From Eubacteriales bacterium (GTDB lineage Bacteria > Bacillota > Clostridia > Oscillospirales > JAAYXM01): 64,000 bases of DNA. A model generated the notes under the pieces. The model was not told where the DNA came from, made no database searches, and worked only from the letters and a program-made list of their open reading frames with translations. The stretch spans positions 13,013 to 77,012 of the forward strand of contig JAZTYJ010000023.1 in assembly GCA_045636865.1 (NCBI GenBank). The letters are read 5' to 3'. Shown here piece by piece: positions 19,787 to 28,334 of the stretch. The translations under genes and the position numbers were made by a program. Position 1 is the stretch's first letter. Each line of letters opens with the position of its first letter.

Positions 19787-19809
19787 TGTAAAAAAGGCAG
19801 GGTAAAGTT

Positions 19810-21102
19810 ATGGGTGCATACATAACCGAAGTAGAAAGCGGAAGTCTCGCCGAGCGCGCAGGCATCGTTTCCGGTGATGAGCTTATCTCAATAAACGGAA
19901 GGATAATCCGCGATGTGCTTGACTATAAGTTTTATTCCTACGACAGACGGCTTAAGATTCAGCTTTCTGACAGAGTGGTGAAGATTAAAAAGGATGAAGG
20001 TGAGGACATAGGGCTCACCTTTGAAACATATTTAATGGACAAGGCAAAACGCTGTGCAAACAACTGCGTTTTCTGTTTTGTTGACCAGATGCCGAAGGGT
20101 ATGCGCGAAACTCTTTATTTTAAGGATGATGACGCGCGTATGTCATTCCTGCTCGGAAACTACATATCACTCACAAATCTCTCGGAAGACGATATTGAGA
20201 GAATGATTCGTATGCACATAAGTCCTGTTAATGTTTCGGTACATGTTACTGACCCTGAACTTCGGAGAAAGATGATAAGAAATCCGCGTGCCGGAGAGTG
20301 CTTTGAGACAATGAAGCGTCTGACACGGGCGGGCATTCGCATAAATGCACAGATTGTCGTGTGCCCCGGTCTTAATGACGGTGATGTTTTAAAAAACTCA
20401 ATATCAGACCTTCTTTCTCTCGGTGAAGAAGTTTCAAGCATTGCGGTTGTCCCCGTCGGAATAACAAAGCACAGAGACGGTCTCTATCCGCTTTCGGCAT
20501 TAAGTCGTGAGGATGCGCAAAAAACGATAGATATCGTGGATTCTTTTGCTGATGAGAACATAAAAAAACGCGGAGAGCGAGTCGTATATTGCTCTGATGA
20601 GCTCTATATCAAGGCGGAGCTTTCACTTCCTGACGACGAGTATTATGATGACTATCCTCAGCTTGATAACGGTGTCGGGCTTATGTCCCTTTTGCGCCGT
20701 GAGTTTATGCTTGCGCTAGAGTATTCGGACATCCCCGACAAAATTTCCGGATTTTCCGTTGCAACCGGAGTTTCGGCGGCACCTTTTATCCGAAAACTCA
20801 TTGACGAATTGGCAAAAAAATGTAATAATATAGAGAGTAGCGAAGTGTTCGAAATAAGAAACGAGTTTTTTGGAGAAACTGTAGATGTTGCAGGTCTTGT
20901 AACAGGCAAAGACCTCATAAAGACACTTTCGGAAAAGAAGCTTGCAAAAAGGCTTCTCATCCCTTCGGTTATGCTTCGCCACGGTGAAAATGTTTTTCTT
21001 GATGATGTCAGCGTTGCTGATGTTGAAAAGGCGCTTGGAGTTACGGTTGTTTCTGTTGAAAATGATGGTGATGCGCTTTTGTCTGCAATGCTCGGCATAT
21101 AG
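19810..21102 (+). CDS. DUF512 PDZ-containing putative Fe-S (radical SAM-like) protein
   Basis: N-terminal PDZ; CANNCVFC; YFKDDD.R.SFL.GNY; QLDNGVG. Confidence 0.85.
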   Translation: MGAYITEVESGSLAERAGIVSGDELISINGRIIRDVLDYKFYSYDRRLKIQLSDRVVKIKKDEGEDIGLTFETYLMDKAKRCANNCVFCFVDQMPKGMRETLYFKDDDARMSFLLGNYISLTNLSEDDIERMIRMHISPVNVSVHVTDPELRRKMIRNPRAGECFETMKRLTRAGIRINAQIVVCPGLNDGDVLKNSISDLLSLGEEVSSIAVVPVGITKHRDGLYPLSALSREDAQKTIDIVDSFADENIKKRGERVVYCSDELYIKAELSLPDDEYYDDYPQLDNGVGLMSLLRREFMLALEYSDIPDKISGFSVATGVSAAPFIRKLIDELAKKCNNIESSEVFEIRNEFFGETVDVAGLVTGKDLIKTLSEKKLAKRLLIPSVMLRHGENVFLDDVSVADVEKALGVTVVSVENDGDALLSAMLGI

Positions 21103-21114
21103 GAGGTTTTAAGT

Positions 21115-22440
21115 ATGGCAAAACCTGTTGTTGCAATAGTCGGACGTCCGAATGTCGGAAAGTCCATGCTTTTTAATAAACTCGTCGGCAAGCGCTTGTC
21201 TATCGTAGAAGATACCCCGGGTGTTACGAGAGACAGGCTTTATGCAGATTGTGAATGGCGCGGTAAGGTTTTTTCGCTCGTTGATACGGGTGGTATCGAG
21301 CCGCGGACAGACAGCGAAATTTTGAAATTTATGCGCGATCAGGCAGAAATCGCCGTTACAAATGCTGATGTCATAGTTTTCATAACAGACATCAGAACTG
21401 GTGTTACGGCATCTGACAGCGAAGTTGCGGCAATGCTTCTTCGTTCAAACAAGCCAATCATTCTTGCAGTAAATAAAGTTGACTCCGTAGGCGAGCCGCC
21501 TGCAGAGTTTTATGAATTTTATAATCTCGGTCTCGGTGAGCCGATTGCGGTTTCAGCAGTTCACGGTCACGGTACGGGTGACCTTCTTGACGAGTGCTTT
21601 AAGTATTTTCCGGAAGATGAGGAGGACGAGGAAGAGGACGACAGAATTCACGTTGCTCTTATCGGAAAACCGAATGTCGGAAAGTCCTCTCTCACAAACA
21701 AGATTCTCGGTCAGGAGCGCGTTATCGTAAGTAACGTCGCAGGAACAACTCGAGATGCTGTTGACTCTGAATTTGAAAACGAGCACGGCAAGTTTGTGTT
21801 CATCGATACTGCGGGAATCAGAAAAAAATCAAAGGTTAATGACGATATCGAAAAGTTCTCTGTTTTAAGAGCGTCTCTTGCAGTTGAGAGAAGTGATGTC
21901 TGCCTTATCATGATTGATGCCGAAGAGGGCGTAACAGAGCAGGATACAAAGGTTGCAGGGATTGCGCACGATGCGGGAAAGGCTTGCATAATTGTCGTAA
22001 ATAAGTGGGACCTCGTCGAGAAGGATGATAAGACAATGAAGGCGGAAGAAGAAAAAATCCGCCGCGATCTTTCGTATATGACGTATGCGCCGATTCTGTT
22101 TATTTCGGCAAAAACAGGTCAGCGTGTCGGAAAGCTCTTTGAGCTTATCACATCTGTCTATGAGGAGAGCAGAAAACGCATAACAACGGGAATGCTCAAC
22201 AACGTTCTTGCTGATGCTGTATCACGCGTTCAGCCGCCGACAGACAGAGGTAAAAGACTCAAGGTCTACTACATTACGCAGACTGGTATTCAGCCGCCTA
22301 ATTTTGTTATGTTCTGTAATGATGCAAAGCTTTTCCATTTCTCATATCAGAGATATCTTGAGAACAAGCTTCGCGAGGTGTTCGGATTTAACGGAACGCC
22401 AATAAGAGTTGTCATAAGACAAAAGGGAGAGAACGGTTAA
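21115..22440 (+). CDS. der: ribosome biogenesis GTPase Der/EngA
   Basis: Two tandem G domains (GRPNVGKS, GKPNVGKS) plus a KH-like C terminus. Confidence 0.98.
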   Translation: MAKPVVAIVGRPNVGKSMLFNKLVGKRLSIVEDTPGVTRDRLYADCEWRGKVFSLVDTGGIEPRTDSEILKFMRDQAEIAVTNADVIVFITDIRTGVTASDSEVAAMLLRSNKPIILAVNKVDSVGEPPAEFYEFYNLGLGEPIAVSAVHGHGTGDLLDECFKYFPEDEEDEEEDDRIHVALIGKPNVGKSSLTNKILGQERVIVSNVAGTTRDAVDSEFENEHGKFVFIDTAGIRKKSKVNDDIEKFSVLRASLAVERSDVCLIMIDAEEGVTEQDTKVAGIAHDAGKACIIVVNKWDLVEKDDKTMKAEEEKIRRDLSYMTYAPILFISAKTGQRVGKLFELITSVYEESRKRITTGMLNNVLADAVSRVQPPTDRGKRLKVYYITQTGIQPPNFVMFCNDAKLFHFSYQRYLENKLREVFGFNGTPIRVVIRQKGENG

Positions 22441-22441
22441 T

Positions 22442-23059
22442 ATGAATATCGTCTTTAAGTTTATTATTGCAGCTCTCTGCGCATATCTTCTCGGAAGTCT
22501 TAATTTTTCGATAATCGTTTCAAAGCTCACGCTCGGAAAAGATGTCCGCGACTACGGTAGCGGAAACGCGGGCACAACAAACTCGCTTCGTCTTATGGGA
22601 ATGAAGAAGACTCTCTTTGTAATTTTCGGAGATATTTTAAAGGGTGTTGTTGCGGTTTTTCTCGCAACGAAGATTGTTGGGGATATGGCACTCGTAAAGG
22701 CTGTTGCAGGTCTTTTCTGTGTGCTTGGACACACATACCCCTTGTTTTTTCAGTTCCGTGGAGGAAAGGGTGTTTTAACGACAGCGGCTGTTATCGGATG
22801 TATAAACATTTACGTCTGCTTAATTGCGGTTTCAACATTCATAATAATAGTTGCAATTACACGTTTTGTATCGCTCGGTTCACTTATAGCGGTGTGGACA
22901 GTTCCGTTCCTTTTTGCAATTTTTGAGGGGACATCTCCTGTCGGAATAATCTGTATTTCACTCGGAGTTGTTCTCGCTGCATTTGTTACGATACTCCACA
23001 GATCAAACATAAAAAGGCTTATTGAAGGAAACGAGAATAAACTTAAGTTCAAGAAATAG
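22442..23059 (+). CDS. plsY: glycerol-3-phosphate acyltransferase
   Basis: GSGNAGTTN, DILKG, FRGGKGV and HRSNIKRL motifs. Confidence 0.96.
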   Translation: MNIVFKFIIAALCAYLLGSLNFSIIVSKLTLGKDVRDYGSGNAGTTNSLRLMGMKKTLFVIFGDILKGVVAVFLATKIVGDMALVKAVAGLFCVLGHTYPLFFQFRGGKGVLTTAAVIGCINIYVCLIAVSTFIIIVAITRFVSLGSLIAVWTVPFLFAIFEGTSPVGIICISLGVVLAAFVTILHRSNIKRLIEGNENKLKFKK

Positions 23060-23083
23060 TATAAAGCATTTGAGGTGTAGAAT

Positions 23084-24088
23084 ATGAAAGTTGCAGTAAT
23101 CGGCAGCGGTGGTTGGGGAACCGCTCTTGCAGTTATGCTTGCAAATAACGGACACGATATTGACCTTTGGTCTTTTGAAGATGCAGAGTATGAAAGACTC
23201 TCCCGTGACCGTGAAAACAAGATGTTTCTGCCGGGAGTCTACTTTCCGGATAATATCGATTGCACAACAGATATAAGTGTTGCAAAGGACGCAGAAGTAG
23301 TTGTTATGGCTGTTCCGTCATTCGCGGTAAGAGCTACGGCAAGAAAGCTTTCTGCCTATATAACCGACAATCACATAGTCGTGAATGTTGCAAAGGGAAT
23401 TGAGAAAGATACATCTCTCCGCCTTTCTGAAATAATTGAAGAAGAATTGGCGGGCAAGGGAAAGATAGTTGTCTTGTCAGGCCCTTCTCATGCGGAAGAG
23501 GTTGGCAGAGGAGTTCCTACTGCAATAATAGCAACGTCAAAACACAAGGATGCGGCAGAGACCGTTCAGGATGTCTTTATGAACGACCGCTTCAGAGTTT
23601 ATGTAACTGACGATGTCGTCGGTGTTGAGCTTGGTGCCGCGCTTAAGAATGTTATGGCGCTTGCTGCAGGTGTTTGCGATGGTCTCGGCCTAGGTGATAA
23701 CGCAAAGGCGGCTCTTATGACGCGTGGCCTTGCAGAAATGATAAGGCTCGGACTTGCTCTCGGCGGAAAAGAGGAAACCTTCTCCGGTCTTGCCGGACTT
23801 GGCGACCTTATAGTTACTTGTATGTCGATGCATTCAAGAAATAGAAGAGCAGGAATCCTTATCGGTAAGGGACACTCGATCGACGAGGCAATCAAGGAAG
23901 TAGGAGCCGTTGTAGAGGGTTATTATGCAACCCAGTCTGCAATGGAGCTTGCAAAGAAGGTTTCTGTAGAAATGCCGATTACCGAAGAGGTATATAAGAT
24001 TCTCTTTGAGAATGCAAATGCAGAAGAATCGCTTCTTCGCCTCATGCAGCGCGAAAAGAAGAGTGAAAGCGAAACTGCCTGGAAATAA
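23084..24088 (+). CDS. gpsA: NAD(P)H-dependent glycerol-3-phosphate dehydrogenase
   Basis: GSGGWGTALA, SGPSHAEEV, GLGDLIVTC and SRN motifs. Confidence 0.97.
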   Translation: MKVAVIGSGGWGTALAVMLANNGHDIDLWSFEDAEYERLSRDRENKMFLPGVYFPDNIDCTTDISVAKDAEVVVMAVPSFAVRATARKLSAYITDNHIVVNVAKGIEKDTSLRLSEIIEEELAGKGKIVVLSGPSHAEEVGRGVPTAIIATSKHKDAAETVQDVFMNDRFRVYVTDDVVGVELGAALKNVMALAAGVCDGLGLGDNAKAALMTRGLAEMIRLGLALGGKEETFSGLAGLGDLIVTCMSMHSRNRRAGILIGKGHSIDEAIKEVGAVVEGYYATQSAMELAKKVSVEMPITEEVYKILFENANAEESLLRLMQREKKSESETAWK

Positions 24089-24109
24089 AATCAAGTTCGG
24101 AGAAAAAAT

Positions 24110-24811
24110 ATGGAAGAACGTCTTCAAAAGATAATAGCGGCAAGCGGTATCTGCTCGCGACGCCGTGCAGAGGAATTAATCAGCGCAGGTAAAGTGCGCG
24201 TTAACGGCGAAATCGTTGCGCTCGGTGATAAGGCAGATCCTGAAAATGATCTGATAGAGGTATCGGGGCGTGCCATTTCTTCGCCGCAGAAGTATTATAT
24301 TATGCTCAACAAGCCACGCGGATATATCACGTCACTTGACGATGAAAAAGACAGAAAAACAGTCGACGAGCTTGTGGATGTAGGAACGCGTGTTCACCCC
24401 GTAGGGCGTCTTGACTATAATTCCGAAGGGCTCCTTATTATGACGAATGACGGCTCTCTTACATACAGACTGACTCATCCGTCTCACGAGATTCCAAAGG
24501 GGTATATTGTTACCGTTCGCGGGCATCTTGAGGAGGCAATAACAACGCTCAAAGCATCTATCGAGATTGACGGGAGAATGACCAAACCTGCTGATGTGTC
24601 AGTTCTTCGCGAAAATGCAGACGGCGGTCTTCTTCATATAACCATAAGAGAGGGCAGAAACCGCCAGATCCGACGAATGTGCGAAGCGGCAAATCTCCGC
24701 GTGCTTCGTCTTAAACGCGTAAGCATCGGCGATCTTGTACTTGACAAGCTCCCTGCAGGAAGATGGCGTCATCTTACTGAGAAGGAAATCAAATACTTAA
24801 AAAGTATATAA
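24110..24811 (+). CDS. rluB: RsuA/RluB family rRNA pseudouridine synthase
   Basis: S4 domain ERLQK..A.SG; NKPRG, VGRLD and EGRNRQIRRM motifs. Confidence 0.88.
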   Translation: MEERLQKIIAASGICSRRRAEELISAGKVRVNGEIVALGDKADPENDLIEVSGRAISSPQKYYIMLNKPRGYITSLDDEKDRKTVDELVDVGTRVHPVGRLDYNSEGLLIMTNDGSLTYRLTHPSHEIPKGYIVTVRGHLEEAITTLKASIEIDGRMTKPADVSVLRENADGGLLHITIREGRNRQIRRMCEAANLRVLRLKRVSIGDLVLDKLPAGRWRHLTEKEIKYLKSI

Positions 24812-24844
24812 ACAAACACCCGACCTAAGGTCGGGTGTTTGTTT
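24810..24844. terminator. bidirectional terminator
   Basis: Perfect 16-bp inverted repeat AAACAAACACCCGACC-TAA-GGTCGGGTGTTTGTTT between convergent genes. Confidence 0.85.
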
Positions 24845-26013
24845 TATCTGTAGTAACTTTTGGTTTCTGTCGGCAAATTCTTTTTCCTGAGGTTCTTTTC
24901 AAGCGCACTTTTTATGAGGACATAGATAACGGAGAATGTCGGAACTGCAAGCGCAACACCCGCAATGCCGAAGAATCCGCCTCCGAGGAGGATGGAGAAG
25001 ATTACCCAGAATGAAGAAATTCCCGTTGTCTTGCCGACGATTTTTGGGCCAAGAAGATTTCCGTCTATCTGCTGAAGAACAAATATCATAACAATAAACC
25101 AGATAACCTTTGTCGGCTGAACCATAAGAAGAATGAATGCGCTCGGTATTGCGCCGATGAACGGACCGATAAAGGGAATAAAGTTTGTTACCATAACAAC
25201 GATGCTGATGAGGAGTGCATACTCCATACCGAGGATATTCATGAAAATAAAGCAGATGATACCGACGATGATACAGTCAAGAATCTTACCTGTAATATAA
25301 TTTCCGAAAGTTTCGTGCATGTTTCGTGCAAGTGCTGAAATCTTCGAAACTGTTTTTTGGGGGAGGATTGCATTGATTACCTTCTTGGTCTGGGCAAGGA
25401 AAAGCTCTTTGCTGCTTAACATATATATAGAAATAATGAATCCGATTATAAAGTTTGAGATGCCTGAACCGACGGAAACAGAAAAGTCGAGAAGCTTTGG
25501 TAGTGCTGCAGAAAAGTATTCGGTAAGTTTTTTGAAAAATTCCTGTGAAGAACCGAGGATTCCTTTGAAAATGTCGGGATCAAGGTTGAAACGATTCGCA
25601 AAGCCTGTGAGAAATTCGTTGATGGATTTTACATACAAATCTGTATTTCTTGCGAGCTTTGTTACGCTGTCAACAAGTTGAGGAATGATTGAATATATAA
25701 CGAGTGACAGGAGGAAGAATGTTATTATGAAGACCAAGGCGATAGAAATACCACGATTTATGCCGCTTTGCTTTTTAGCTTTCTTGAAGAGAAATCTGTT
25801 GAGAAATTTTTCGAAGGACACTACCGGTCCGGAAAGGAGGTAAGCGATTATGAAACCGATTATAAAAGGGGAGAGGATGGATGCTATGTTTGCAAAAAAC
25901 GAGAAAAACTCTCCTAAATGTTTGAGCAGAAAATAGAATGTAATTGCAATAACCAAAACTATTGAGTTTGAAAAAATTCGGGAAGTCGTTTCTTCTGTGA
26001 ATTTAAATTTCAT
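24844..26013 (-). CDS. AI-2E (UPF0118) family transporter
   Basis: PFIIGFIIAYLL, NFIPFIGPFIG and QQIDGNLLGPKIVG; start at ATG 26013 after GGAGGAG. Confidence 0.9.
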   Translation of the reverse strand: MKFKFTEETTSRIFSNSIVLVIAITFYFLLKHLGEFFSFFANIASILSPFIIGFIIAYLLSGPVVSFEKFLNRFLFKKAKKQSGINRGISIALVFIITFFLLSLVIYSIIPQLVDSVTKLARNTDLYVKSINEFLTGFANRFNLDPDIFKGILGSSQEFFKKLTEYFSAALPKLLDFSVSVGSGISNFIIGFIISIYMLSSKELFLAQTKKVINAILPQKTVSKISALARNMHETFGNYITGKILDCIIVGIICFIFMNILGMEYALLISIVVMVTNFIPFIGPFIGAIPSAFILLMVQPTKVIWFIVMIFVLQQIDGNLLGPKIVGKTTGISSFWVIFSILLGGGFFGIAGVALAVPTFSVIYVLIKSALEKNLRKKNLPTETKSYYR

Positions 26014-26048
26014 GGTCTCCTCCAAAATCCTTTGTTGAAATATATTGA

Positions 26049-26077
26049 ATTATAACACAGTAAAGAAATTTTTACAA
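26049..26077 (-). promoter_or_regulatory. SigA promoter of the AI-2E gene
   Basis: TTGTAA-N17-TATAAT with extended TG. Confidence 0.6.
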
Positions 26078-26090
26078 GTAAAATTCGATT

Positions 26091-26118
26091 AACGGAAAGG
26101 CTTGATGCTGCATAGGAT
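26091..26118 (+). promoter_or_regulatory. putative SigK promoter
   Basis: AACG-N16-CATAGGAT approximates the SigK consensus mACm-N16-CATAnnnT. Confidence 0.5.
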
Positions 26119-26163
26119 ATAGCGGACAAATGCTTGTCTCAAATTTTAAAAAGGAGCATTTTT

Positions 26164-26316
26164 ATGTGCATTTTTTCAAATCTTTTCTGCTGTAACAGAA
26201 GAGGCAACTTAAGATCACATTGTCACCTTCGCACACGGATTGTCGATGCCGGTGGAAGAGATTCATGTGCCTGCCGGAGAAATTGCTGCGGATGTTGCTG
26301 CGACAGTGACTTTTAG
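26164..26316 (+). CDS. 50-aa cysteine-rich small protein (11 Cys)
   Basis: AAAGGAG RBS 7 nt before ATG 26164; occupies an otherwise empty intergenic space; SigK-like promoter upstream. Confidence 0.6.
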   Translation: MCIFSNLFCCNRRGNLRSHCHLRTRIVDAGGRDSCACRRNCCGCCCDSDF

Positions 26317-26340
26317 GTAGAGCTTTTGTGTAAAAAAATG

Positions 26341-26369
26341 TTGACTTTATGAGAAAATAGTGTTAACAT
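26341..26369 (+). promoter_or_regulatory. SigA promoter of the T-box leader
   Basis: TTGACT-N17-TAACAT with extended TG. Confidence 0.7.
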
Positions 26370-26393
26370 TATAGTAATTAAAAATCACTTGAA

Positions 26394-26648
26394 CACGATG
26401 ATGAAATCAAGTACGTTCAGATGAACTCTCCCAGAGAGTCGCCGGTTGCTGTGAGGCGATGTGAGTCTTTGTGCGGAATACCTTTCGGAGTGGCTTTGCT
26501 GAAAGTTTTTCGATTAGGCAAAGACGGGAAAGCCCGATACAGCTTGAGGATCTGATTGGATTCGTTGAGGCTGCCGTGTGGCAGTAAATTGAGGTGGTAC
26601 CACGGAATTTTTTTCGTCCTCTGCTTGAATAGGCAGAGGGCGTTTTTT
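26394..26648 (+). ncRNA. T-box riboswitch leader with Tyr (UAC) specifier and terminator
   Basis: Stem I with AGTA, CAGAGAG and GCTG boxes; GAA-TAC at 26476-81; stems II, IIA/B and III; T-box AATTGAGGTGGTACCACG at 26587-604; antiterminator partner CGTCCTC; terminator at 26615-48. Confidence 0.92.
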
Positions 26649-26681
26649 GTTTTCTGCCGGAAAACGAAAAGGAGAGTTTTT

Positions 26682-28319
26682 ATGGTTATTATTGATTTGC
26701 TTGAAAAAAATGCAAGGCTTTACGGCTCGGAGGTTGCTCTTGTTGAGCTAAACCCATCGGAAGAGCGCGACAGCGTGACAACCTGGTGGGACTTTAATCT
26801 TATTGAAAGTGCGGGAAAAGACGCGCCCTACCGCCGTGAGCTTACCTGGAAGGATTTTGACAGACGTGCCAACCGTTTTGCTAACCTTCTTCTCAGCCGC
26901 GGTTTGAAAAAAGGCACAAAAGTCGGCATACTTCTTATGAACTGTATCGAATGGCTTCCGATATATTTCGGTATTCTCAAAGCCGGTTGCATAGCTGTTC
27001 CGATGAATTTCAGATTTTCGGGTGATGAGATAGAATATTGTCTTAATCTCGCTGATGTTGAGGTTCTGGTTTTCGGTCCCGAATTTATAAGCAGAATGGA
27101 CGGAGTTTACGATAAAGTCGAGAAAACCCACACCTTCTTTTATCTCGGAAAGGGTGGTCCGGACTATACGGAAGATTGTCTTGAACTTATGGGCTATTGT
27201 TCATCAAGTCAGCCGCCGATTGCACTTTCTGAAGAAGACCACGCAGCGATATACTTCTCATCCGGTACAACAGGATTCCCGAAAGCGATTTTACATAATC
27301 ACAAATCACTCATCTCATCCTGCAAAACAGAACAGAATCACCACTCGCAGTCAAGAGATGACGTTTTCCTGTGCATTCCGCCGCTTTATCACACGGGTGC
27401 AAAGATGCATTGGTTTGGCTCGCTTCTTTCAGGAAGCCGCGCTGTGCTTCTTCGCGGAGTAAAGCCCGAGTGGATTTTGAGAGCAGTCACGGAGGAAAAG
27501 TGCACAATCGTCTGGCTTCTCGTTCCGTGGGCACAGGATTTGCTCGATGCAATTGAGTCTGGGCGTCTTGACATAAATCAGTACAGGCTTTCACAGTGGC
27601 GTCTTATGCACATCGGTGCACAGCCTGTTCCGCCGAGTCTCATTCACCGTTGGCTCAAGGTTTTTCCGCATCATAAGTATGACACAAACTACGGTCTTTC
27701 AGAATCAATCGGACCCGGTTGCGTGCATCTCGGTGTTGAGAACGTTCACAAGGTCGGTGCGATTGGTAAGGCAGGCTTCGGCTGGGAAACAAAGATTGTT
27801 GACGAAAAAGGAAATGAAGTTGAGCGCGGAGACGTCGGTGAGCTCATAGTAAAGGGCGACGGTGTTATGCTTTGCTACTATAAAAACCCCGATGCTACGA
27901 ATGAAGTTTTAAAGGGTGAGTGGCTCTACACCGGTGATATGGCGCGCGAGGATGAAGACGGTTTTATCTATCTTGTAGACAGAAAGAAAGATGTCGTCAT
28001 TTCTGGTGGAGAGAACCTCTATCCGGTTCAGATTGAAGATTTCTTAAGAGCATATGACAAAATCAAAGACGTAGCAGTAATCGGACTTCCGGATGCTCGT
28101 CTTGGTGAAATTTGTGCGGCGATAATCGAAATCAAAGAAGGCCTTTCGTGTACACAGGAAGAAATTGATGCTTTCTGCGAGAGCCTTCCGCGATACAAAC
28201 GTCCGAAAAAGATTTTCTTCGATAAAGTTCCGAGAAACGCAACGGGTAAAATTGAAAAACCGGCGCTTCGTGAAAAATATTGCCACGGACGCCTCGTAGA
28301 AGCGCAGATAACAGGTTAA
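26682..28319 (+). CDS. class I adenylate-forming acyl-CoA synthetase (AMP-forming)
   Basis: FSSGTTGFPK, YGLSE, YTGD, DRKKDVVISGGEN and TGKI motifs; start reassigned to ATG 26682 after AAGGAG. Confidence 0.9.
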   Translation: MVIIDLLEKNARLYGSEVALVELNPSEERDSVTTWWDFNLIESAGKDAPYRRELTWKDFDRRANRFANLLLSRGLKKGTKVGILLMNCIEWLPIYFGILKAGCIAVPMNFRFSGDEIEYCLNLADVEVLVFGPEFISRMDGVYDKVEKTHTFFYLGKGGPDYTEDCLELMGYCSSSQPPIALSEEDHAAIYFSSGTTGFPKAILHNHKSLISSCKTEQNHHSQSRDDVFLCIPPLYHTGAKMHWFGSLLSGSRAVLLRGVKPEWILRAVTEEKCTIVWLLVPWAQDLLDAIESGRLDINQYRLSQWRLMHIGAQPVPPSLIHRWLKVFPHHKYDTNYGLSESIGPGCVHLGVENVHKVGAIGKAGFGWETKIVDEKGNEVERGDVGELIVKGDGVMLCYYKNPDATNEVLKGEWLYTGDMAREDEDGFIYLVDRKKDVVISGGENLYPVQIEDFLRAYDKIKDVAVIGLPDARLGEICAAIIEIKEGLSCTQEEIDAFCESLPRYKRPKKIFFDKVPRNATGKIEKPALREKYCHGRLVEAQITG

Positions 28320-28334
28320 AAGGAGTGTATCAAC

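Noticed and set aside
26556-26681. 42-aa N-terminal extension of the acyl-CoA ligase, or a leader peptide
   Set aside because: It overlaps the T-box antiterminator and terminator; the strong RBS is at ATG 26682
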